Below, in pieces: positions 37,877-46,397 of a DNA stretch of 64,000 bases. A program made the translations under genes and the position numbers. Within the stretch, counting starts at the first letter, position 1. Each line of letters begins with the position of its first letter. The DNA is taken from assembly GCA_043815665.1 (NCBI GenBank), contig JBDRIT010000251.1, positions 2,818 to 66,817 of the forward strand, given 5' to 3'. This stretch comes from Pseudomonadota bacterium (GTDB taxonomy: Bacteria > Myxococcota_A > UBA9042 > CAIXZC01). The notes under the pieces were generated by a model that saw only the letters and a list, made by a program, of their open reading frames with translations, ran no database searches and was not told the DNA's origin.

Positions 37877-39322
37877 TTACTGCGGGCAAATGGTCCCGCA
37901 GAGTTGGCACTCCATGACGCAGAGATCGTCCCACCGCTCCAGGCAGCAGTGGGGGTCGGTGGCGCAGACGCATTCCTGGCACGGGCAGTTCCAGCAGTTC
38001 GGGGTGCCGGTCACTTGGCAGCCGTCGCAGGGGGTCACGGCGGGGTGGCAGGTCATCAGTTCATCGCATGTGTCGGAAACGGCGTCGCAGAGGAACACGC
38101 AGAACGGCGACCAGGCCTCCAGGCAGCACGCGGGCTCCGCCGCGCAGACCGCCTCCTCGCACGCACAGCCAGCGCAGCCCGGGGCCTCCCAGCTCACCGC
38201 GCAGGGGTCCGTGGTGGACGGGGCGCAGGTCCCCTCGGGGGTGCAGGCCTCCCCTGCGGGGCAGGTCCCGCAGGTCCCGCCGCAGCCGTCGGGTCCGCAG
38301 GTGGTGACCTGCTCCGGGCCCGGCGAGGCGGTGCAGGCCGGGAAGCAGATCTCCTGGGGCCTGCAGAGGCCCCGCCAGGGATCGGGCAGGAGCGCGCCGT
38401 CGCAGGTCCAGCCCTCGGGGCAGTGGCCCGCGTTGGTGCAGGTGAGGGTGCAGATTCCCCCGTCGTCCTGGGGCAGGCAAACGCCCCCCAGGCAGTCCCC
38501 GTCAGCGCCGCAGGGGAGCCCCGCGTCCGCTGCGCCGGGCAGGCAGGTGGCCCCCGCGTGGCAGCGCTCCCCGGGTCCGCAGGCGCCGCAGGGGCGGTCG
38601 TACTGGTCGGGGCCGCACTCGGGGCGAACACCGTAGGATTGCTCCCCGGCGCCGTAGCTGTTCCCATGGCAGGAAGAATCGGGCTCACAGCCGCTGGCGC
38701 AGTCCGTCGAAAGGATGACACAATTTAAACTCCAGCTCTCCTGGCAACAGGCGGGCCAGAGGGCACAGACACAGGCCTCCACCCCCTCCGGACAACCGGG
38801 GCAGCCCGGCGCGCCGACGGGCGACGGCATGCAGAAGTGGCCCTCCGGGTACCGGCAGAGCCCGTCGGGGGTGCAGGCCGCGTCGGTGGGGCAGGCCCCG
38901 CAGGTGCCGCCGCAGCCGTCGTCGCCGCACATGCGCGTCTTGCAGGCGGGCACGCAGACCGTGACGCAGGCGCCGTCCTCACAGGCCTCCCCCGCGCCGC
39001 AGACGCCGCAGAGGGCCCCGCAGCCGCTCTCGCCGCACTCCCGCTCGCCGCAGAGGGCCTCCTGATCGCAGGCCTCGCACTGCCCTGCGTCGTCGTCGCA
39101 GAGGCTGTAGGCCCCGCAGCTCCCGCAGGAGAGCCCGCACTCCGGGTCCGGGCCGCACTCCCTCCCGGCGCAGTCGGGGACGCAGCCCGGTGCTCCGACG
39201 CAGAGGGCCTGGGGTTGGAAGTCGCACCGGCTGAGGGGGACCTCGGTGCAGGCCGCGATCAGCCCGAAGAGCGCGACGAGGGTCGTCGCAAGGAGCCCGG
39301 ACATCCTTCGGTGAACTCTCAT
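37877..39322 (-). CDS. Cys-rich lipoprotein (481 aa, ~17% Cys) made of CxxCGxDGCGGxCGxC-type modules.
   Basis: MRVHRRMSGLLATTLVALFGLIAAC is a lipoprotein signal. Repeated motifs ECGESGCGALCGVCG and CGDDGCGGTCGACP. The start overlaps the stop of the upstream gene (39324) by a few nt. Confidence 0.75.
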   Translation of the reverse strand: MRVHRRMSGLLATTLVALFGLIAACTEVPLSRCDFQPQALCVGAPGCVPDCAGRECGPDPECGLSCGSCGAYSLCDDDAGQCEACDQEALCGERECGESGCGALCGVCGAGEACEDGACVTVCVPACKTRMCGDDGCGGTCGACPTDAACTPDGLCRYPEGHFCMPSPVGAPGCPGCPEGVEACVCALWPACCQESWSLNCVILSTDCASGCEPDSSCHGNSYGAGEQSYGVRPECGPDQYDRPCGACGPGERCHAGATCLPGAADAGLPCGADGDCLGGVCLPQDDGGICTLTCTNAGHCPEGWTCDGALLPDPWRGLCRPQEICFPACTASPGPEQVTTCGPDGCGGTCGTCPAGEACTPEGTCAPSTTDPCAVSWEAPGCAGCACEEAVCAAEPACCLEAWSPFCVFLCDAVSDTCDELMTCHPAVTPCDGCQVTGTPNCWNCPCQECVCATDPHCCLERWDDLCVMECQLCGTICPQ

Positions 39323-39323
39323 C

Positions 39324-41057
39324 TCAGAACCTCCATAGGATCGCAGCGTCCCCGAAGCCGCCGGCCTCGACGTCTTCGCTCCCGTCCAGGGTGATCACCT
39401 GCGCCGATGCGCCGCCGGAGAACTCCAGGGAGAGGCCCCCCCAGGGCAGGAGCACCGACAGGCCGGCGCGCAGGGCGCCCCGCCAGGAGAGAGGATCTCC
39501 CTTCACGGACGCCCCGGCCTGCCGGACGAGCCACTGGTGGCCCAGCTCCAGCTCGGCGAAGGGTTCCAGGTAGCGGCCGAAGCCCCTCGGCCACCGCACA
39601 CCGGCGAGCGCACCGACGAAGTAGCCGTCCAGGTGGAACCGCTCCAGGTCCACGCGGTGGGAGGAGCGGGAGTAGGCGAAGGAGAGCCCCATCCAGGCCC
39701 AGCGTCCCAGGGTTCGGGCCAGGCCGAGGCGCGCCCCGTGGGACACCCCGTCGAGGCCCAGTGGCACCGAGCCGACGCGGTACCCTGCGGCCAGGCTCCA
39801 GTTCCGGACCGTCGCGGACCGGGCGAGGACCGCCGCTGCGGGGCGCTGCCGCCCCTCCAGGTAGCCGAGCTGGTAGCCCTGACTCATGGGCACGAGGAAG
39901 AGGCCCCGCCGGAGCTGTTCTCCCTCTGCGGAGCGCTCCGCGATCCGGTTGTCGACGAACTCGAGGGTGGAGACCCGGGCGGTCTCTCCGGAAGGCACCA
40001 GCGCGTCGGCGCCCTGCCGGACCACGTGGTAGCTCCGGCCGCCGGGCAGGCGCAGGCGAACGGGCGCATCGGAGGCCGGGTGAGCGTCCGCGACGCGCAC
40101 TGCGCGGTCGTCCTTGATCCAAATCCGCCCCGGGACGTCGACCTCGAGCCAGGTCGCGTCGCTCCCGACCGAGAGATCCAGGAGGACCCGCTCGTCGTCC
40201 CCGGAGGGTCCCTCGATGAAGTGGTCCGGTCGGGAGTGCGGAGACTCGACGCCGCTCACCGCGGCGGACACGAACGCGACCACCTCTCCGTAGGTGATGC
40301 GCGCGTCCCGGTCCAGATCCGCGCCCCCAGCGAGGGCGCTGCGCACCAGGTAGGAGAAGACGCCGCTGCCCAGGAGGCTGAACTCGAAGGCGCGCACCCC
40401 CTCCGAGGAGGCCAGCAGGAAGCCCGTGTTCGGGAAGCGTCGCGCCGCCCCCTCCTGCTGCAGGGCCTCGGCGAGGGCCTCGGTCACCGGCACCGGGACG
40501 GTGTCGGGACGCCACTTCCCCTCACCTCGGGGGCGGACCAGGTCCCAGGCGTTGCAGGTGTCCACGATCAGGTGGACCGTCACGCCCTGGAGGCGCTCCA
40601 GCATCTTCAGGAGGTCGTCCCGTGTCAGGCGCCCGTCGGGGAGGACGAAGTAGCCGTCCCCCATTGCGTCCACCCCGCCGTGGCCGACGAGGATCAGGAA
40701 CATCTCCTGCGGCGCGTCGGAGCCCTGGATCTCCTCGACCATCTCGTTGAAGCCGCGGAGGATGTCGCTGCGCTGGGGGGCGAGGACCTGCTTCGCCAGC
40801 CCGGGCCAGGTTTCACGGGTCTCGTTGTCGAGGATCGCATGGACATGGGTCCGGGTCGCACGGAACCCGAGGAGCTCCATGTAAGCGAGCGCGTCGTCGT
40901 CCGTGTAGCGCAGGGTGGGGAACTCCTCGTCGCCGACGCCGGGGGAGGAGATGATGAAGAGGTTCACCTCTGACGGCCCCGGCCGGGCGTCTGACGCGGT
41001 CGCCGGAGCGGCGACCACGATGATGACCATCGTGATGGCCAGGGTCATCCATCTCAT
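39324..41057 (-). CDS. Secreted caspase-like (clan CD cysteine peptidase) domain protein with a C-terminal putative outer-membrane beta-barrel.
   Basis: Signal peptide MRWMTLAITMVIIVVAAPATASD. His-Gly and Cys motifs of clan CD (FLILVGHGG … HLIVDTCNAW). The C-terminal ~250 aa have alternating hydrophobic pattern, G/R/Y-rich loops and a terminal ...ILWRF aromatic residue typical of beta-barrel OMPs. Confidence 0.65.
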   Translation of the reverse strand: MRWMTLAITMVIIVVAAPATASDARPGPSEVNLFIISSPGVGDEEFPTLRYTDDDALAYMELLGFRATRTHVHAILDNETRETWPGLAKQVLAPQRSDILRGFNEMVEEIQGSDAPQEMFLILVGHGGVDAMGDGYFVLPDGRLTRDDLLKMLERLQGVTVHLIVDTCNAWDLVRPRGEGKWRPDTVPVPVTEALAEALQQEGAARRFPNTGFLLASSEGVRAFEFSLLGSGVFSYLVRSALAGGADLDRDARITYGEVVAFVSAAVSGVESPHSRPDHFIEGPSGDDERVLLDLSVGSDATWLEVDVPGRIWIKDDRAVRVADAHPASDAPVRLRLPGGRSYHVVRQGADALVPSGETARVSTLEFVDNRIAERSAEGEQLRRGLFLVPMSQGYQLGYLEGRQRPAAAVLARSATVRNWSLAAGYRVGSVPLGLDGVSHGARLGLARTLGRWAWMGLSFAYSRSSHRVDLERFHLDGYFVGALAGVRWPRGFGRYLEPFAELELGHQWLVRQAGASVKGDPLSWRGALRAGLSVLLPWGGLSLEFSGGASAQVITLDGSEDVEAGGFGDAAILWRF

Positions 41058-41920
41058 GGCACGACCTCCCGAACGACGAGGATCCAGGACCCGGACTCGC
41101 AGTCTCGTCGCGTGTCCAGGAGGTCGTCGATGCCCTCCTGTCCACCCGCGGCTGCGTCAGCCCAGTCCGTCCAGGGGATCGGATCGTCGCAGGCGGCCCA
41201 CACCACCTGGTAGGGGCCGGTTGGGTAGTTTATGGAGAGATCCAGGGTCGGCCAGGCCTCCGTCGGGCGGTCAGCAGGCGCGACCCAGCCGGGATCCACG
41301 TGGACCGGGTTGGGCACGATCCAGACGGGCTCGTCCCCGCCGTAGGGCAACGCCACGGCGTGGAGCCAGGCGCCGACGTCCGTGCGCAGCACGTAGGTGA
41401 GGAGCAGGTACTGGTCTGCACCGCAGACGGCGAGACCTTGCGACGCGATCGCCCCCTCGACGACGTGGCTCTCGGAATCCATGCAGTAGGGGCGCAGGTA
41501 GGCTGCGCCGTCCCCGCGGGCGGTCCAGATCCCGGGCTGCTCCACGCCGGGGCGATCCGGCTCCATGCCGGTGGGCAGGAGCACGGCCAGGAGCACCGCC
41601 GCTGCCGCCAGGGCCCAGCGGGCTGCGCGCCGGGCGAACCGTGCGGGCGGATCCCCGGCTCCTGCGAGCGCGGGAGAATAGAAGCGAGTCAGGGATTCGA
41701 AGCTGGAGGCGATCCGAGCCTCCATGGGGCCCAGCACGGCGAACGCATCGGCTCTCTGCGCCAGGGCGAGATCCACCCCGGCGAGGCGATCGTAGCGTCG
41801 GCGTGCCGTCTCGTCCCGCCGCAGGGCAGCGCCGAGGCCCTCCAGGTCCTGGGGAGCCAGGGACAGGAAGGCCGCCTCGAGGCGCTGTTCACAGGTCCCT
41901 TGCTGTTCCATCCGGGGCAC
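41054..41920 (-). CDS. Anti-sigma-factor-like membrane protein: cytoplasmic N-domain, one TM helix, periplasmic C-domain.
   Basis: It sits immediately downstream of the ECF sigma gene with a 3-nt gap. Single hydrophobic helix WALAAAAVLLAVLLP in the middle. The start overlaps the downstream gene by 4 nt. Confidence 0.6.
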   Translation of the reverse strand: MPRMEQQGTCEQRLEAAFLSLAPQDLEGLGAALRRDETARRRYDRLAGVDLALAQRADAFAVLGPMEARIASSFESLTRFYSPALAGAGDPPARFARRAARWALAAAAVLLAVLLPTGMEPDRPGVEQPGIWTARGDGAAYLRPYCMDSESHVVEGAIASQGLAVCGADQYLLLTYVLRTDVGAWLHAVALPYGGDEPVWIVPNPVHVDPGWVAPADRPTEAWPTLDLSINYPTGPYQVVWAACDDPIPWTDWADAAAGGQEGIDDLLDTRRDCESGSWILVVREVVP

Positions 41921-41923
41921 CTC

Positions 41924-42475
41924 TCAATCCTCCACGTCGGTCCCGCCCTCTCGCCGGGTCAGCTGCGCGAGGCGAGACCTCGCTCGTTGCACTGCGCGCT
42001 TGACCCAGTTCCGGTCCACGCCCAGGTGCCGCGCGGTGCTCTCCTGGGTTCGGCGATCGAGCAGGGTCATCAGCACCGCGCTGCGTTCCCGTTCACTCAA
42101 CGATTCGAGCACCTTCTCCACGAGCTCCGCCGCCTCCAGCTGCATCTCCGGCCCCTGCGTGGCGGCCTCCGGTGCGTCGCCGGAGTGCATTCGCGCCGTC
42201 TGCCGCAGGCTCGTCCGGGTCACGTTCCTCGCGATCGCCACGAGATACGTGAAGTACTTGACGGACCCGCTGTAGGCGTCGCGCTGCCGTGGGCTGAACG
42301 CCAGGCAGAACGTCTCCGAGAGCACGTCCATCAGATCAAATCGGCTCAACCGATACCGTGCGACCAGGAACCGCACCAGGTCGTCACGGTAGGTCGAGAA
42401 GACGAGCTCGAGCACCTCCTTGTCCCCTGATCTGAATCGAGACAGCAGATCAGGTCGTTCCCGGAACAGGGACAT
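41924..42475 (-). CDS. ECF-type RNA polymerase sigma-70 family factor.
   Basis: Region 2 (…VLSETFCLAFSPRQRD…YLVAIARNVTRT) and region 4 HTH (…ERERSAVLMTLLDRRTQESTARHLGVDRNWVKRAVQRARSRL). 183 aa. Confidence 0.9.
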   Translation of the reverse strand: MSLFRERPDLLSRFRSGDKEVLELVFSTYRDDLVRFLVARYRLSRFDLMDVLSETFCLAFSPRQRDAYSGSVKYFTYLVAIARNVTRTSLRQTARMHSGDAPEAATQGPEMQLEAAELVEKVLESLSERERSAVLMTLLDRRTQESTARHLGVDRNWVKRAVQRARSRLAQLTRREGGTDVED

Positions 42476-42704
42476 GCTCGCCTTCCATCCTCATGTTGTT
42501 GATGCACGGGGCGACGGTTTTGGTCACGGGATCTGCAGATCCCTTGTTTTTTTTTGATGGTACGGCGGGGCAGGGGACCCCACAAAAATCGAAGATCATT
42601 CCAATCACTTGCGATCAGGCAGGGATCTTGTTCCATCGCCATGGATCTCTGCTACCCTCTCGTGACAGGGCGTGAGGGGACTCGCCATCAGCCGGGGGCG
42701 CAAC

Positions 42705-43043
42705 ATGAAGACCTGTCCGTACTGCGCAGAGGAGATCCAGGACGGCGCCATCAAGTGCCGATACTGCGGGGAGTTCCTCGACGGATCCCGCAGACCGCAG
42801 GGCCCGCAGGGGAAGTGGTATTTCTCCAACACGGTGGTGGTCCTCGCCCTCCTGAGCGTCGGGCCCTTCGCGCTCCCCCTGATCTGGCTGAATCCCCGTT
42901 ACGGCATGGCGGGTCGGATCGTGGTGACCATCGCCGTCCTGGTGCTCTCCTACTTTGTCTGGATGTTCTTCCAGGATCTTCTGGCGGACCTTGGGGAAAT
43001 TGGGGACCAGGTGGAGCTGCTGCAGGAGCTGGGCGGGGGATGA
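42705..43043 (+). CDS. Small zinc-ribbon membrane protein (CPYC…CRYC ribbon followed by two TM helices).
   Basis: [27 protein letters not shown], then hydrophobic stretches [19 protein letters not shown] and [21 protein letters not shown] at 42705 is preceded by a G-rich SD-like stretch. Divergent from the ECF sigma gene. Confidence 0.55.
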   Translation: MKTCPYCAEEIQDGAIKCRYCGEFLDGSRRPQGPQGKWYFSNTVVVLALLSVGPFALPLIWLNPRYGMAGRIVVTIAVLVLSYFVWMFFQDLLADLGEIGDQVELLQELGGG

Positions 43044-43061
43044 GGCGTCCGGGCGCCCCCG

Positions 43062-43736
43062 TCAGGGATTCGTCGCGACCCAGATCGTGTGGCGGCGTCC
43101 CTTGGACTTTCCGGAGTCGCGGAGGCGGACCTCCCGGGCCTTGAAGCCGGCCTTCCAGAGACGATCGGTGAAGCCGCGGAGGGGGGCGACGGACCAGATG
43201 GTCAGCACCCCGCCGGGACGCAGGGCCTTGCGGGTCACGGCGAGGCCTTCGGGATCGTAGAGCCAGCGGTTCCCCGGGAGGATGATGCCGTCCGGGCCGT
43301 TGTCCACGTCGTTCATGATCGCGTCGTACCTGTTTGGCGAGGTCCGGAGGACGGCGGCGATGTCCTCCACACGGACCGTCGTTCGCGGGTCGTCCAGCGG
43401 GCGCCCGGCCAGATGTGCGAGGGGGCCGCGGTTCCATTCGACGACGCCGGGGACCAGCTCGACGATCTCCACCCGCGCATCGGGCCCCAGCCGGGCCAGG
43501 GTCGCCCCCAGGGTGAACCCCATGCCCAGGCCGCCCACCAGCACCACGGGACGGGGCCGGCGGGCGATGGGGTCGCAGGCGAGCTCGGCCAGAGACTCCT
43601 CGGAGCCATGGACCCGGCTGGTCATGAGCTCCAGGCCGTCCACCCGGATCGAGAAGTCCTCTCCGCGACGGTGCAGCTGCAGCTCGGTCTTGCTGCCGGG
43701 AACCGCAGCTCGGCCCAGGCTCTCCCAAGGGATCAT
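43062..43736 (-). CDS. Spermidine/spermine synthase family (PABS-like) class I methyltransferase-fold protein.
   Basis: MIPWESLG…ELQLHRRGEDFSIRVDGLELMTS…VLVGGLGMGFTL…IVELVPGVVEW… follows the polyamine aminopropyltransferase pattern. The start at ATG 43736 has a GGAGG SD 4 nt upstream. The longer ORF to 43874 adds Pro/Gly-rich junk. Confidence 0.7.
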   Translation of the reverse strand: MIPWESLGRAAVPGSKTELQLHRRGEDFSIRVDGLELMTSRVHGSEESLAELACDPIARRPRPVVLVGGLGMGFTLGATLARLGPDARVEIVELVPGVVEWNRGPLAHLAGRPLDDPRTTVRVEDIAAVLRTSPNRYDAIMNDVDNGPDGIILPGNRWLYDPEGLAVTRKALRPGGVLTIWSVAPLRGFTDRLWKAGFKAREVRLRDSGKSKGRRHTIWVATNP

Positions 43737-43870
43737 TCGTCCTCCATGCGTCCGAGAGGTCGCAGACGGGACCGATACCACGCCCCCGGCGTTCCCGTCC
43801 AGCCAAGAGTTCCGGCTTGCGCAGCGTGGAGCATGTGGGCCTGGAGGGCCTCCCGCAGGGGAGGGAGAGA

Positions 43871-44515
43871 TCATTGTTCGAGGATGGACAGGAGGGCCTG
43901 GATGTCCGTGGGCTCCTTGGCGTCGTAGAGGAGGAGCGCCTGGAGGGTCCCGTCAGGCGCGATGACGACATCGCCGCGGTGAAGATAGTGGCCGCCGTCG
44001 TCCTCGAGGCCGAACATCTCTCCGACCAGGCCGCCCTCATCGCTGAGGAGGAGGAGGCTCAGGAGGCCGAGGTCATCGGCCCAGTGAGCCAGCACGAGGG
44101 GGTCCTCCATGGAGACACCGAAGGGGAACGCGCCGAGGGCGCGGATCTCGCCGTAGCGTGCCTCGAGCTTCTCGACCTGCTGTTGGCTCAGTCCCTGGGC
44201 TGCGGTGGGGAAGAAGCTCAGGACCATGGTCTTCCCGATGGAATCGGACAGCGAGATCTCGGCGCCGCTGTGGGCCGGGAGGCTGAAGTCGGGGACCGTG
44301 TCCCCGGGCACGAGGGGGTAGGTGACGGTTGTGTCCTCCCCGGGGATCAGGGGGGTGTCCTCGCCGGGGGCGGCATCGGCGGGCGGCTCTGCGGAGTCCA
44401 AGGTCCCCCACCCCCAATCCGGGATCACGCCCGAGACATCGGCGTTGCCCCCTTCCTTTCCCCCTGCACAGGCGGCGAACAGCACCAGCAAGAGCCCAGA
44501 GACGGTGACGCGCAT
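43871..44515 (-). CDS. Thioredoxin-fold (AhpC/TSA-like redoxin) lipoprotein that lacks any Cys in the mature domain.
   Basis: MRVTVSGLLLVLFAACAGG is a lipoprotein signal. DFSLPAHSGAEISLSDSIGKTMVLSFFP resembles the peroxiredoxin N-terminal strand, but the FTxVCP cysteine is replaced (SFFPTAAQG). The start at 44515 is supported by the signal peptide. Confidence 0.65.
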   Translation of the reverse strand: MRVTVSGLLLVLFAACAGGKEGGNADVSGVIPDWGWGTLDSAEPPADAAPGEDTPLIPGEDTTVTYPLVPGDTVPDFSLPAHSGAEISLSDSIGKTMVLSFFPTAAQGLSQQQVEKLEARYGEIRALGAFPFGVSMEDPLVLAHWADDLGLLSLLLLSDEGGLVGEMFGLEDDGGHYLHRGDVVIAPDGTLQALLLYDAKEPTDIQALLSILEQ

Positions 44516-44639
44516 CCGATCCTCCCCGACCAGCGACTCCAGGCTGATCCTATGTGATGGGTCGCGGCATTTCAATGTCTGTTGAATCCTTGCACCATCA
44601 TCGGTCGGCTGTGTATAGTGGCGCACGAGGCAAAGGACG

Positions 44640-46037
44640 ATGATGGATACAACAGTCGTCAAGGTGGGCCGCCCGGTGGCCAAAGGCTCCGGGCGGGATC
44701 TGAACTTCGTCTGCGTGTTCAGCGGGTTGAACGTCGTGGACGCCCGGCCCGTCCTGGTCCGGGACGAGATCACGATGGGTCGGACGATCCTCCCGAACCT
44801 CGGCCTCACCACGCCGGATTCCACCATGAGTCGCCATCACTTCAGACTCCAGCGCAGCGGCGCCGGGGTCGTCATCGAAGATCTCGGGTCGAGCAACGGG
44901 ACCTTCGTGAACCGGCAGGAGATTCACGGCACGTCAAATCTCCACCCCGGGGACGTGATCCGCGCGGGGGAGACCTTGTTCCTCCTCCTGGAGACCCCCC
45001 CGTCTCCTCCTGAAACCCCCCGGGACGACGATTTCGTCACGTGCAACGCCGGCCTGCAGCGCATCCTCGGACAGATCGCACGCGTCGCCGGGTCGGACAT
45101 CAGCGTTCTCCTCCTGGGAGAGACCGGCACGGGGAAGGATGTCCTGGCGCAGCACCTGCATCGCCTGAGCGCGCGGAATGGGCGCTTCGTCCCGGTGAAC
45201 TGTTCGGCGATCCCAGCCACCCTCCTGGAGGCCTCCCTGTTCGGCCATGAGCGAGGGGCCTTCACTGGCGCGGATCGGGCGTCCATCGGGATGTTCCGGA
45301 CCGCCGATCGGGGGACCCTGTTCCTGGACGAGATCGGAGAGATGGAGCCCGGACTTCAGGCCAAGCTCCTCCGAAGCCTCGAGACGCGATCGGTCATCCC
45401 GGTCGGTGCGGCGCGGGAGATCCGGGTCAACGTGCGGATCGTCGCCGCAACGAGCCGGAGTCGTCTGGAGCTGGAGTCCGGTCGCATCCGGGAGGACCTG
45501 CTGGGGCGCCTGGAAGACCTGGTGGTCCAGCTGTCCCCCCTCCGAGAGCGCCGGGAGGACATTCTCTTCTTCGCCGCCAGGGAGATGGGGATCGAGCCGG
45601 GCCAGGCCTTCGGGACCGCGGACGTGGCGGAGGCCCTGCTGCTCTACCCGTGGCCACGGAACGTACGGGAGCTGGTCCGCTCCGTACGCGCCGCGCTCCT
45701 CTTGCACGACGGGTCACCGCCGTTGCGCTGGGAAGACCTGAAGGAGGGGATCCGTCATTTCGGCGGGCTGGCGACGCCGATGCCCGGGGGACGCGCCGGC
45801 GAGTTGCATGCTCCGGTTGACTCGAAGCACCCCTTTGCAACTCCTTTTCGCCGCGATGGAATGGACGAGCTGCGAACAACCACGAAACCCACGGCGCAGC
45901 AGCCGGCCCCATCCCGAGAGACCCTCGAGGCCTTGATTGCCAAATGTGGTGGCAACGTCTCGGCCCTGGCCCGTCAGCTGGGCAAGGATCGGAAGCAGAT
46001 CTACCGCTGGCTCGAGCGCTACGGCCTGAAGGCCTGA
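44640..46037 (+). CDS. Sigma-54-dependent transcriptional activator with N-terminal FHA domain (FHA - AAA+ sigma-54 interaction domain - Fis-type HTH).
   Basis: FHA signature ([10 protein letters not shown]…SRHHFRL…[12 protein letters not shown]). Walker [15 protein letters not shown] motif, ESELFGHE-like [13 protein letters not shown], and a C-terminal HTH (…[23 protein letters not shown]). Confidence 0.9.
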   Translation: MMDTTVVKVGRPVAKGSGRDLNFVCVFSGLNVVDARPVLVRDEITMGRTILPNLGLTTPDSTMSRHHFRLQRSGAGVVIEDLGSSNGTFVNRQEIHGTSNLHPGDVIRAGETLFLLLETPPSPPETPRDDDFVTCNAGLQRILGQIARVAGSDISVLLLGETGTGKDVLAQHLHRLSARNGRFVPVNCSAIPATLLEASLFGHERGAFTGADRASIGMFRTADRGTLFLDEIGEMEPGLQAKLLRSLETRSVIPVGAAREIRVNVRIVAATSRSRLELESGRIREDLLGRLEDLVVQLSPLRERREDILFFAAREMGIEPGQAFGTADVAEALLLYPWPRNVRELVRSVRAALLLHDGSPPLRWEDLKEGIRHFGGLATPMPGGRAGELHAPVDSKHPFATPFRRDGMDELRTTTKPTAQQPAPSRETLEALIAKCGGNVSALARQLGKDRKQIYRWLERYGLKA

Positions 46038-46397
46038 TCAACCCTGCAAGAGCGTGGTTTTTACCTTCCAGAGGACCGGCATCAACTTGGCGAGGACCCA
46101 GCCGAGGGCGCGCAGGGCCGGTCCGTCCAGGGGCAGGGAGCGCCCACGGCGGATCGCGTGCACCGCGACGCCGCGCACATCGGAGACCGGGACGGGCGGA
46201 TCTTCCGACGTGCAGCCGTCACCCCGGGTCGTCACGAACCCCTCGCTGACCCGGAGCACGCGGTGCAGGGCGACGTCATCTCCCCGGGGGACCAGGACGA
46301 TCTCGCCGACCCGCGGCAGGCGCCGGGGCAGGGGACGGATCATCACCGGGGTGCCGTCCGGGAGGAAGGGGCGCATGCTCCCACCGCGAGCGATCAT
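46038..46397 (-). CDS. Sec11/SipW-type (S26B, Ser-His) signal-peptidase-like protein, 119 aa. Last gene of the peptide-modification cassette.
   Basis: Box B GGSMRPFLPDG contains the catalytic Ser. Box D GEIVLV…DDVALHRVLRV has His where bacterial type-I signal peptidases have Lys, the same pattern as Sec11 (…PIVHRVLR). ATG 46397 follows immediately after the radical SAM stop. The first 86 codons of the 205-codon ORF are read-through. Confidence 0.65.
   Translation of the reverse strand: MIARGGSMRPFLPDGTPVMIRPLPRRLPRVGEIVLVPRGDDVALHRVLRVSEGFVTTRGDGCTSEDPPVPVSDVRGVAVHAIRRGRSLPLDGPALRALGWVLAKLMPVLWKVKTTLLQG

Noticed and set aside
37106-42430. Plus-strand ORFs 37106..38728, 37746..38636, 39537..40973 and 41300..42430 opposite the ECF operon.
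   Set aside because: Antisense shadows. The minus-strand genes have signal peptides, a lipobox, sigma-factor and peptidase motifs, and tight operon spacing.
42751-44040. Minus ORF 42751..44040 (429 aa) and plus ORFs 43089..43928 and 43282..43965.
   Set aside because: They overlap the zinc-ribbon protein, the PABS-like gene and the redoxin-like gene. They are R/P/G-rich with no features.
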